From an uncultured delta proteobacterium (GTDB taxonomy: Bacteria; Myxococcota_A; Polyangia; Polyangiales; Polyangiaceae): a stretch of 64,000 nucleotides of DNA. Below are positions 1 to 9,265 of this stretch, piece after piece; position 1 is the stretch's first letter, and every line of letters begins with the position of its first letter. Position numbers and translations under genes: made by a program. The stretch lies in assembly GCA_963696385.1 (NCBI GenBank), contig CAVOKF010000003.1, positions 288,001 to 352,000 on the forward strand. The letters are read 5' to 3'. The notes below the pieces were generated by a model that was not told where the DNA came from, did not search any database, and saw nothing but the letters and a program-made list of their open reading frames with translations.

Positions 1-86
1 TGCGTCGACTACGGCCGCCTCGCCACCCTTCGAAACCACGAGGTACGCGTAGTTGTCTCGAAGACACGGCACCACGATGACGCGCG

Positions 87-1486
87 TCACTTCGCTGCTT
101 TCGCACGGTAGCTGCCCTTCAAGCACTCCGCGTTGCACGCGTACGGGCTGACCTCTCGGATTCCCCGGCTGATCGCGTCGTATCGCTGCTTCATGGCTTT
201 GTATTGTGGGCCCTTCATCACAGGGGAGTGCTCCATCGGATCCGAGATCAGATCGTACGCCTTGCAGTAGCCGTCGCCGTCGAAGCAGATGATTTTCTCG
301 TTGCCGTGCACGACCGCGCGCCGACGAGCATTGTCACTTGTCGCGGGCAGGTCCACGACGACGTCGCGCTCTTCGCTTGCACCGCCGTAGACCTGCCCCA
401 GCAGGGACTTGCCCTCCAACGGCGCTGCCGGCTGCGCGCCATAAACATCGAGTATGGTGGGCGCGAGGTCGATGGCGCTCGTCGGAACGCCGATGCGGCG
501 AGGCTCGGCTCCCGGAGCCGCGATCATGAGCGGCACGTGCACGAGCGTGTTCCAAACCTCGAAACCGTGCCGCGTCATCCCATGTTCTCCGAACTCTTCG
601 CCGTGGTCGGCCGTGACGATGACCACCGTTCGAGACGCCCAGGACTTACGGGCGATGAAATCGAGCAATTTGCCGACGTAGCGGTCCGTGAACGTCACTT
701 CGCCGTCGTACCGATCGCGAGCGCGTTTTCCCCAGTCGATCCCGGCATGGTGAATGTACTCGTCGTGCGGGTCGAGCCAATGCGCCCAGAAGAAGAAGCG
801 TCGGGCTTCGTTGGCGGGATTGCCGAGCAACTCCTCCGCCAGATGCTCGGACTGTGGCGACGTGACGTCACGGTCCGTATTCGGATCGAACGTGATGCCG
901 GGCACGAGTCGCCATTCGTCGAACCCCTGATCGAAGCCCGCGCTCTTGAAGTACAGGTGAGCCATCACGCCCATCGTATGCACACCGGCTCTTTGAAGGA
1001 CCTTCGGGAAGAAGACATCACCTCGGTAGGTGCCGAAAAAATAGCCGCTCCGCCGCAACTCGGACGGCAGCCTGCCGGCGAGCAATCCGCCGAGGCTCAT
1101 CGAGGTGTAAGACGACACCGAATACGACTGGGTGAAGCTCGCAGCCCGCGCCTCGAACGCGGTCAAGCGCGGCGCAATCGGCCGGTCGTACCCGCTCCAC
1201 GGCATGTCGGCGCGGAGACTATCAATCGATAGCAGGATGACGTTGGCGTCTTGGGGGGGCGCCCTCGGGCCCGCTCGGACGCGGACCCCCGAGTTTCGTG
1301 TGCGTCGGCCACTGCTCCGCTGGCGCCCGGAGCCCGCCCCTCCATGCCCTTACCACTCGGGGCGTTTGGAGGCGGTGGGGCCGCAACGAGCCGTGACCCG
1401 TCGTTTGAGCACGCGGGGAACGACACCATAGCGCAGGCAACGACGACCCGCACGGCCTGCAGACGATGGCGCCAACGGGCCCGCAC
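87..1486 (-). pseudogene. Sulfatase-like hydrolase/transferase (alkaline phosphatase superfamily), probable lipoprotein; frameshifted at G7 run 1253-1259
   Basis: The catalytic part (ORF 87..1205) extends upstream in frame as QDANVILLSIDSLRADM and has WAHWLDPHDEY, YDGEVTFTD and TADHGEEFGEHG. That frame stops near 1350. A signal/lipobox-like N-terminus (VRARW...VVVACAMVSFPAC, GTG at 1486) lies in another frame, and adding one base to the homopolymer joins them. May be an intact gene with a sequencing indel. Confidence 0.75.
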
Positions 1487-1500
1487 CGATAGCCCCAACC

Positions 1501-4500
1501 TCAAGAATCGATGGCGATCCGAAGCTTTTCTCGAAGCTCGAGATACGGCTTGCTGATGCTGTAGAGCACGCACGCCTTGACCCGATCGTCGGCTGCGACG
1601 CTCGAGGCGTCTGGGGTCGCCCGAATCACGTCCGCGGCGGTGGCCAGGTCGTGGGCGACGAGAAAGCCGGCGCGATCCGCCGTCAGATCGATGGCCGCAA
1701 CCCATTTCTTCAGGTCGATCGCACCACCCGATTGAAGAAGCTTGGATATCGTGCTGGCCAGGATCTCGCGCGGCGTTCCCTGAAAATCTTGTGCGATGTA
1801 CGTCAGGGCTTCGTTGACCTGCCCCTGAACATCCTGCGCTATCGGAAACTGCGGGACGCAGTGCTTCACGGCCGCGAAGAGCCAGCCCTTGAGCCCCGTG
1901 CCCGTCGGTACGAGATGCCGAACGTAATACCCCGGACGGAAGTACGTCATGTGACGCCCGGCCACGAACGCCAGCGATTGATTGGGAACGTCTTGGTCGA
2001 AGGCCGCGTTTCCCAAAACGATCGCCGGCGTGCGGGCGTGCAGAAAGCCGAACCCCGATGGGTCATTCTGGTTTTGAAATACGGGCGGCGCTTCGAATCC
2101 AAATACTCCTTGCACATAATACAGCGTTTCGCAGGCGGGGTACGGCTGCGAAGCGAGATCGATTCGATACGACATATCGAATCCGAGCGCCGCAAGCGGC
2201 TGCGTCCGGGCGCGCACGACCGTCGGCTGAATGAGTGCAAAAATGCTCGTCAACAAGGGATCGGCGTCGGGGTGAGCGATACGCGTGACCCAGTCCGGCT
2301 CCTCGAGCATCGCTTGTGCCGGTGCGGCATTGTCCGCCCTGTGACGGAGATAAAATCGCTCTTCGTCCGGCTCTGCGAGACCGAGCACGACGAGCGCCTG
2401 GCAGAGGCACCAGGACGGATCAGGCCTACGCGCCTCCGTATAAAGGCGCCGAAGGAGCTTGTAGCTCTCGACCCGGAACGGGTTACTCCGGAGAATTTCG
2501 GCATGCGCCGTGACCGCCTTGTCGAGATACGTGCTCACGTCACTCGCGTACAACCCAGCGAGAATCTCCGTGCGCTCACGTCGTCCATCCGGGTCGAAAG
2601 CCTGGGCCGCTTCGTACGCGTCAATCGCGAGCTCCGGTTCGTCGAGCGATGAGCGATACAGATCTCCGAGGTTATCCAGCACGTGGACGATGCGCGCGTG
2701 ATCCTGAACCTGCTTGGCTTGGTCGAGTTGGGCATTGAGGAGTCGCTCTACGCCGTCGTAGTCCTCCTTTTGGCGACGTAGCTCGATCGCCTCGTCCATC
2801 GCCTTGACGAGGGTCGGATCGGATTCGAGCGCCCGATCGTAGTATTCGATGGCGTGCTCGACGTCGCCCAACTGCCGCGCCGTCACCTTGGCTGCGGTGT
2901 GCATGTACTTGGCCCGTTGCTTCGGATCCGCGACGAAGTCGGCCAGGCGAAGCACGACCGTGACCAGGCTTGCCCAGTCCTTCTCTTCCGAGAAGACCTC
3001 CATCAACTTGGTCAGGAGCTTTCGGTCGTCGGGCCGCTCATCGAGCGCGGCGAGGTACGTTCGACTGGCACGCGCGCAATCGTTGAGCTTCTTGAACTCG
3101 GCATCGCCGATCTCCATGAGTAACTCGAAGCGCTCGGCTCCATGGGCAATCTCGAGGCGCTGTCGTTTCGTGCGGGTGAATTCCTCCCAATCGCCCGTCT
3201 GCTCGTACACGCGCGCCAGTGCGTTCAACGGCCCCGGATTCCTCGGATCCGTCTCCGCAGCCTCGCGAAGGAAGTCAACGGCCTTGTCGAGCTCTCCGAG
3301 CCGGCGCAAGGACTCCCCCAGGCGCCACTGAGCATCCGCCATTTCGGCACCCTGCAGCTCGCCGGCATGATCGCCCAAAAGCCGCTCGTAGGTCCTGCGC
3401 GCGGCGTTCAGGTCGTTGCACTCGAACAGCACACGGGCGACTCGGGCGAGCGCCTGCGGGTCGTCTGGTCGGAGCCGTTCGAAGGCCTCGACGGCAACGG
3501 CCAGCCGCGGCTGCGAACCGACGATAGAGGATGGCGACGGTCCATCGTGCAGCGATGGGGAAGACGGCCGGGGTGGCAGGCTGCGCCCGTACGCCTCGAT
3601 AAAGCGCACCAGCACCCGCACGGCATCGTCCGAGGGCAGCGAAGCGGCGCGACCGACCAGCGGTTCGAGATGCTTCGTGGCTTCGACATAGCGCTCCTTC
3701 TCGTAAGCGATATCTCCCAACAGGAGCTGCGCATCGGCGTTCGTAGGGTCAAGCTCAAGGGCAGCTCTGGCGCTCGCCTCGGCGAGATCGTTGTCGTGCA
3801 GCTGATCGCGCAGCACGCGGGCCAGCTCCGCCTGCAGGCGCCCACGCGCAATCTTGCCCTCGGTGAGATCGAGCTCCCGCTCGATTAAGGCGACCACGCT
3901 CGCGGCATCGCCGCGAGCGGCATACGCATGCCGCAGGGCCGCGGCCGCCGACGCGTCCGTCGGTACCGCTTCGGTGGCCAGCTTGTACCGCTCAATGGCG
4001 CCATCGCGATCCCCGTGCGTCTCGAGCAGACGTGCGGCTCGCATCCATTGTTCCGCCCGCGCCTCGGGTGTCTGTGCGTTGGCTGCGATCGCCTCGATGG
4101 CTTGGACGGCCGCCTGAGCGTCACCACTCTGCTCGCGCAGACGCGCTATCGCTTCGAGCGCGCCGGCGTGGCCGGGTTGGAGCTCGAGCACCTGCTCGTA
4201 CACGCGCATCGCCCGTTCCGGCGACCCGAGGTTGTCTGCCAAAACCCGTGCTCTCAGCGCAACCAGCTCGACGCGGCGCTCGCCATCGCCCACCAGATCG
4301 GCATTCTTGTCGTAGAGCTCCTCAAGCCGCTCCCACTGACCCAATGCGCGATAATGCCGCGCCAGTTTCGTCATGGCGCCTTCGTTCGATGGGTCGAGCG
4401 TCAGTACCTCCTCCAGACATTCGACCGCGCGCTCGTGGTCAAGGAACTCTTCTTCATAGAGTGAGGCCATACGCTCGTAGACGTTCATCTTCTGTCGAGG

Positions 4501-6894
4501 CGTTGGGGCCGAGTCCGCCTGCCGTCGCAGGGTGTCGAGAAGCTCTCGGTACATTCCCGTGCGGTTGTAGACGCGAGCAAGCCCCTTGAGGGCGGGCGCA
4601 TCGTTCCGATCGATCGCCAGGGCCGCCTCGTACCGGCGGACTGCTTCTTGGAAGTTCTCCAGCTGGTTCTCGTACAGTTCCCCGACCTTGACCCACGCCT
4701 CGACCTTCTCGCGACCGCTTCGCGTTTCAGCCCTCCGCTCGAGAACGGACGCAAGCGTCCGGTAGTCGCCCGTGCGCTCGGCGATCCGCGCCATGCCGTC
4801 GGCCGCCTTCTCATGGGCGGGATCCTCGGCAAGAACAGCGCCAAACAGCTCCGCCGCTTTCGCCGCGTCATCCAAATGCTCCTCAAGCACCTCCGCAGCT
4901 TCGGCCCGAAGGTCGCGTGCTCGCGGAAACTCCCGAACCGAATCCGCCCGGACGACGAGCGCAGCGACGAGCTCGGGCCACTGCTTGGCGCGGCGGTAGA
5001 GTCCGGCCAACTCCTCGTGCGCCTCCTCGTTGTTCGCGTCGGCTTCCAGGATGTTGAGGTACGCAAATCGGGCCAAATCGCCGCGACCGAGTTTTTGCTC
5101 GTACCAGCGGCCCGCATAGGCCAAGAGGCGATTCCTTTCGGCAACCGGCAGAGCGCCGCTCTGCACGCCCGAGGTGATCGTGGCGAGCACCTCGTTCCAA
5201 AGAGGCTGCTTGGCTTGGGCCAAGCGCTCAATCTCGTCCGCCAAATCACGCTTGGTCGGGGTCTCGCACAAGGCGCGCGCATACGCCAAAAGTCCTTGGT
5301 CGGGATCCTCGAGGGTCGTTGCGCATAGACGCCCGATCTCGGCGAAGATGCGCGATCGGGGCTCCCCCGGCGCAGCTGCATCGCTCCGTCCGATGAGCGA
5401 CTCGACGACCTCGGCGTATTTTCCGAGCGCCCTTTTCGTGGCCTCCAGCGCAAGATGGGCCTCGGTGTCGCGCGGATCGAGCTCGACGATGGCCGCATAC
5501 GCACTCTCCGCGCGTTCTCGATCTCCTACGGCTAGGTCGAACGTGCGGGCGGCTCGCAGCAGGAGCCCCTTCTTCACGGCGAGCGCGTTCGCGTCGTCGT
5601 TGCTGACTCCAGCGGCAGCCGCCTGGAACGCCTCGGCCACGGTCGCCGGATGGGCGCCGAGGTCGAGCGCTTGCTCGAGCGCCTCCGCGGATCGAGCCTC
5701 GTCGGGAGCGGCAATGAGCTCGTCGACGAGCTCCGCCAGAGCCTGTTCCGAGAATGCCTCTACGCCGACGGAGCGAACCGAGACCGGTCCGCGTCCGAGC
5801 CCATCGATGGCCTCCAAGAGCGCCGAAGCATCGCGGGGACGCTTATCCGGTTGCTTCTCCAAAAGAGACAGGACGAACTGATCGACGTCCCGGGTAACCC
5901 ACCCTCTCGGAGCTTTGCCGCTCGGCGGCTCGGCCGCCCTGGAAAGGTGCGCGAAGGCCGCGTCCGCTGCGCTTTCGAACGAAAAGACGGGTTGGCCCGC
6001 CAGAAGCTCGTACATCATCGCTCCGACCGCGTAGACGTCCGTCGCGCAGTCAGCGCGCTCGCCGCGCACCTGCTCCGGAGCGATGGTCTTGGGCGACCCG
6101 AAGACGGCGAGCAGGCCGCTGTGCCCGTTCGCGACGATGGCGCGTGGGCGGAGGCGGTCCGTGGCGAAATCGATGAGCGTCACGGCCGGAGCGACGTGCG
6201 GATGGCTGCGATCGATGAGGACGTTTTCCAGCTTCATCGCGCCGTGAGCGATTCGCGCGCGGTGGAGTGCGGCAAGCGGCTCGAGAATGCCACGCAGAAT
6301 GGGCTTGAGCTCCGCTAGTTGCATGGGCCCCGAACGTTGGAAATGAAGCCTCAACGTCTGCACGTCCCCAGCGCCGTAGCTGACCCATGCGGAGCCATCC
6401 GTTTCGCCCACCTCAAGCCAAGACAGAAGGCCGGGATGGTCGATCGCGGCAACCATTCGGTTTGCGGTCAGAAAGCGCTGAACCGCGCGGCAATCCCGAC
6501 TCGCCTCGCGCCGAATGACCTTGAGCGTGCAGTCCACGTCGTCCCGAAGCGCCTCGTACACGATGGCGAGTGGGCTCTCGCCGATTTTGCGTACGATCCG
6601 GAAATCGGCAAAGACACCTCCGGCCTGAATCTCGTCGGTCGACAAAAGTCCAGCCACGTCCTTGAGGCGCGCGTCTGCGCCGTGATGGGCCGCGAGAATG
6701 ACGTCGACCAATGCATCGATCCGGTCGCGAGCCACGCATCGTTCCGCGAGCGCGCGCGCGAAGCTTGCCTTGGCTGTGGCGCCGCCGACATCCTCCGGAT
6801 CGAGGCCGAGCAGACGCTTGCTCATAGAGGTCATCTCCTCGAGCGAGAACGATCGCTCGAGCTCTGCGAGGAGAATGTCGATTGAGGAATCCAT
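1501..6894 (-). CDS. Large multidomain protein: helical N-domain, Ser/Thr kinase-like (pseudokinase) domain, many TPRs, C-terminal degenerate M48-like domain
   Basis: Kinase subdomains are recognisable (LKVI, HGAMKLENVLI, DFA, GSPKTIAPEQ, DVYAVG), followed by a long TPR-like array. Start set at MDSSIDILL (ATG 6894) rather than the ORF-track 7113. Confidence 0.85.
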   Translation of the reverse strand: MDSSIDILLAELERSFSLEEMTSMSKRLLGLDPEDVGGATAKASFARALAERCVARDRIDALVDVILAAHHGADARLKDVAGLLSTDEIQAGGVFADFRIVRKIGESPLAIVYEALRDDVDCTLKVIRREASRDCRAVQRFLTANRMVAAIDHPGLLSWLEVGETDGSAWVSYGAGDVQTLRLHFQRSGPMQLAELKPILRGILEPLAALHRARIAHGAMKLENVLIDRSHPHVAPAVTLIDFATDRLRPRAIVANGHSGLLAVFGSPKTIAPEQVRGERADCATDVYAVGAMMYELLAGQPVFSFESAADAAFAHLSRAAEPPSGKAPRGWVTRDVDQFVLSLLEKQPDKRPRDASALLEAIDGLGRGPVSVRSVGVEAFSEQALAELVDELIAAPDEARSAEALEQALDLGAHPATVAEAFQAAAAGVSNDDANALAVKKGLLLRAARTFDLAVGDRERAESAYAAIVELDPRDTEAHLALEATKRALGKYAEVVESLIGRSDAAAPGEPRSRIFAEIGRLCATTLEDPDQGLLAYARALCETPTKRDLADEIERLAQAKQPLWNEVLATITSGVQSGALPVAERNRLLAYAGRWYEQKLGRGDLARFAYLNILEADANNEEAHEELAGLYRRAKQWPELVAALVVRADSVREFPRARDLRAEAAEVLEEHLDDAAKAAELFGAVLAEDPAHEKAADGMARIAERTGDYRTLASVLERRAETRSGREKVEAWVKVGELYENQLENFQEAVRRYEAALAIDRNDAPALKGLARVYNRTGMYRELLDTLRRQADSAPTPRQKMNVYERMASLYEEEFLDHERAVECLEEVLTLDPSNEGAMTKLARHYRALGQWERLEELYDKNADLVGDGERRVELVALRARVLADNLGSPERAMRVYEQVLELQPGHAGALEAIARLREQSGDAQAAVQAIEAIAANAQTPEARAEQWMRAARLLETHGDRDGAIERYKLATEAVPTDASAAAALRHAYAARGDAASVVALIERELDLTEGKIARGRLQAELARVLRDQLHDNDLAEASARAALELDPTNADAQLLLGDIAYEKERYVEATKHLEPLVGRAASLPSDDAVRVLVRFIEAYGRSLPPRPSSPSLHDGPSPSSIVGSQPRLAVAVEAFERLRPDDPQALARVARVLFECNDLNAARRTYERLLGDHAGELQGAEMADAQWRLGESLRRLGELDKAVDFLREAAETDPRNPGPLNALARVYEQTGDWEEFTRTKRQRLEIAHGAERFELLMEIGDAEFKKLNDCARASRTYLAALDERPDDRKLLTKLMEVFSEEKDWASLVTVVLRLADFVADPKQRAKYMHTAAKVTARQLGDVEHAIEYYDRALESDPTLVKAMDEAIELRRQKEDYDGVERLLNAQLDQAKQVQDHARIVHVLDNLGDLYRSSLDEPELAIDAYEAAQAFDPDGRRERTEILAGLYASDVSTYLDKAVTAHAEILRSNPFRVESYKLLRRLYTEARRPDPSWCLCQALVVLGLAEPDEERFYLRHRADNAAPAQAMLEEPDWVTRIAHPDADPLLTSIFALIQPTVVRARTQPLAALGFDMSYRIDLASQPYPACETLYYVQGVFGFEAPPVFQNQNDPSGFGFLHARTPAIVLGNAAFDQDVPNQSLAFVAGRHMTYFRPGYYVRHLVPTGTGLKGWLFAAVKHCVPQFPIAQDVQGQVNEALTYIAQDFQGTPREILASTISKLLQSGGAIDLKKWVAAIDLTADRAGFLVAHDLATAADVIRATPDASSVAADDRVKACVLYSISKPYLELREKLRIAIDS

Positions 6895-6929
6895 AGGGTC
6901 CACCGGAAGGCTACGCGAAGAGGGCGCAG

Positions 6930-6980
6930 ATGGTAGCAGGGGGCGGTCCGGCAGGCTGACCGCCCTTGGACTTGGGCGGT
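6930..6980 (-). promoter_or_regulatory. Putative extended -10 (TGcTACCAT) with three GGGCGGT/ACCGCCC motifs upstream
   Basis: Minus-strand TGCTACCAT at 6938-6930. GGGCGGT occurs at 6941-6947 and 6974-6980, with an inverted copy at 6959-6965. Confidence 0.35.
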
Positions 6981-7164
6981 TTACCGAGCCCCCGGTCCGG
7001 GCGTCGAGACCACGGGCATCGCTGAGGAGCGAAGCGTCGGGGCCCGATCGGCGAACCGCTCGCCGGAACTCGCCCTGTCGCAGGTTGCCGCCGCTGCAGG
7101 ACCCACCTCTCACTCTCCGGCTTGGCTTTCAAGCCCGGCTGCATCTTGCCACCGACAAGGGTCG

Positions 7165-7827
7165 CTAATGGGGTTCGCGCTCGCGCGTAATGCCGGGATA
7201 CGTCTCATCGCCAGGCTCGTGCCGCGGGTTTCTGGTCTCGAACGTACCATCCTGGCCGTCGAACGACAGGAGAAGGTCTCGGTCGTAAATGAACTGATCG
7301 CGAGAGTCGTAGGGGACCGCATGCATGCCCGTGTCCATGCGAATCGCGTCGCATGGGCAAGCCTCTACGCAATAGCCGCAAAAGATGCAGCGCAACTCAT
7401 CCACGACGAACCGAACCGGATACCGCTCATAGCCACGCCGCGCGTCGCCCGGCGGATATTCGCCGGCCTCGATGAAGATGCATTGAGCGGGGCAGGCCGT
7501 CGAGCAGCAAAGGCACGCGACGCAGCGCATGCTTCCGTCGTCGCGCGTCGTCAGCCGGTGAACGCCGCGAAAGCGCTCCGGGTACGGTCGCTTCTGCTCC
7601 GGATAGGAGATCGTCGTAATGCCGTCATCGAATCGATCGAGCACGGGATCCGGTCGCTCCGCACGAACCATCTCGCGCGTATTCTCGAAGAAATGCTTCA
7701 TCGAGACGCTGACGCCCTTGAAGATCTCCGGCAGGTAGCTCTTGAATTCGAGATTGCGCGAGGCGTGCGCGACGGGAGTCGCGTTGGTCGGTGCAGGCGG
7801 TCTCTTCGGGAATGTTCTGGGCTGCAT
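7165..7827 (-). CDS. nuoI: NADH-quinone oxidoreductase subunit I
   Basis: YPEQKR...RFRGVH and two ferredoxin motifs (CVACLCCSTACP, CIFCGYCVEACP). GGAGA RBS before ATG 7827. Confidence 0.95.
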   Translation of the reverse strand: MQPRTFPKRPPAPTNATPVAHASRNLEFKSYLPEIFKGVSVSMKHFFENTREMVRAERPDPVLDRFDDGITTISYPEQKRPYPERFRGVHRLTTRDDGSMRCVACLCCSTACPAQCIFIEAGEYPPGDARRGYERYPVRFVVDELRCIFCGYCVEACPCDAIRMDTGMHAVPYDSRDQFIYDRDLLLSFDGQDGTFETRNPRHEPGDETYPGITREREPH

Positions 7828-7882
7828 TCGTGTCTCCCTGGTCAGCCGTATCGTCGTCCGTCCCATGCTCGCCGTGATGGCC

Positions 7883-9262
7883 CTAAGCCTGCATCGGCTC
7901 TGTCTTCGTGCCGCCACTCTTGGCCGCCGCATCCGCCGAAGAGCCCAAAAGCGTTCGCTCGTGCCGAACGGGCGTGAGCAAGCCGATCACTCCACGAGCG
8001 ACGAAGTAGGTCATGGCCAGCGCAACGAACGCCTGAGTCACGTCCGCGAGGACCTTGAGCACGTCGCCCACGGCAGGCCCGGCGTTGTCGAGCGCCAGCC
8101 AAACGACACCGGTCACGAGAATGTTCGCGAGCGAGGCCGGCAGGAGGACTCGCCAGCCGAGTTTCATCAACTGATCGTAACGAAAGCGCGGCAACGACCA
8201 GCGAACGAAGCACTGAATCCAGCAAACGACCACCACCTTCGCGAAGAACGCGAGCACGCCGAGCGCGATCATCCAAACATGCGGAACGAGCGCGCGAACG
8301 ACCTGGAGGCCACCGAACGCGATGGTGAGTCCGTCACGGTGAAAAAACGGGAGCGCCCATCCGCCAAGAAATATCGTCACCAGGAGCATCGACCCGGTCA
8401 CGATCTCGGCATACTCAGCAAAGTAGAACATGCCGAACTTCATTCCGGCATACTCCGTGAAATATCCCGAAACAAGCTCGCTTTCCGCCTCCGGTAGATC
8501 GAATGGAATGCGCTTGTTTTCAGCAACCGAAGCTGCAAAGAACAGAAAAAACGCAAGCGGTTGCACGAAAATGCCCCACGCGTTCTCGCTCTGCCATCGC
8601 ACCATATCGTCGAGTCGAACCGTCCCGTAAATCATCATGGCGCCGATGAGGGACAGGCCGAGGGTGACCTCGTACGAGACCATTTGGCTGGCGGCCCGAA
8701 GGGCGCCCATCAAACTGAACTTGTTGTCGCTCGACCAGCCGGCGATCGCCGCGCCGATGATTCCCTGGCCGGCCATTGCGAAGATGTAGAGAACGCCCAC
8801 GCTGAGCGGCGCAACGGTCAGATCGATGGGATAGTACCCGCTCTTCAGATCCATCGCGCACAGGCCGTTTCGCTGCACCGCCGGCCCCACGAAAACGTTT
8901 GGGAAATGAAGCGCGAACTGATGGGGGCAAATCGTATCGCCGAAGGGAATGACTGCGAGCAGGGTGAACACCGCTCCCATCGATATAATGGGCGCCAGCG
9001 CGAAGAGCAGCCGGTCGGCCCGTACGGGCATGAAGTCTTCCTTGGTGAAGAACTTGATTCCGTCCGCCGCAGTGTGGAGAAGTCCGAAAATGCGGAACTC
9101 CCGGCCGAAGATGGTCACCGATGCGCGGTTGGGCCCGATCCGGTGCTGGATCATGGCGCTCTGCCGACGGTCGGCCCACGTCAGGACCCCGGCCAGGTTC
9201 AAGAGAAAGCCGACCATGATGAGGATCTTGACCATCGTCCAGACGAGTTGCATGAGCGTCAT
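7883..9262 (-). CDS. nuoH: NADH-quinone oxidoreductase subunit H
   Basis: RIGPNR, ADGIKFFTKED, GALRAASQMVSYE, PFDLPEAESELVSGYFTEY, RWSLPRFRYDQLM. Confidence 0.97.
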   Translation of the reverse strand: MTLMQLVWTMVKILIMVGFLLNLAGVLTWADRRQSAMIQHRIGPNRASVTIFGREFRIFGLLHTAADGIKFFTKEDFMPVRADRLLFALAPIISMGAVFTLLAVIPFGDTICPHQFALHFPNVFVGPAVQRNGLCAMDLKSGYYPIDLTVAPLSVGVLYIFAMAGQGIIGAAIAGWSSDNKFSLMGALRAASQMVSYEVTLGLSLIGAMMIYGTVRLDDMVRWQSENAWGIFVQPLAFFLFFAASVAENKRIPFDLPEAESELVSGYFTEYAGMKFGMFYFAEYAEIVTGSMLLVTIFLGGWALPFFHRDGLTIAFGGLQVVRALVPHVWMIALGVLAFFAKVVVVCWIQCFVRWSLPRFRYDQLMKLGWRVLLPASLANILVTGVVWLALDNAGPAVGDVLKVLADVTQAFVALAMTYFVARGVIGLLTPVRHERTLLGSSADAAAKSGGTKTEPMQA

Positions 9263-9265
9263 CGG

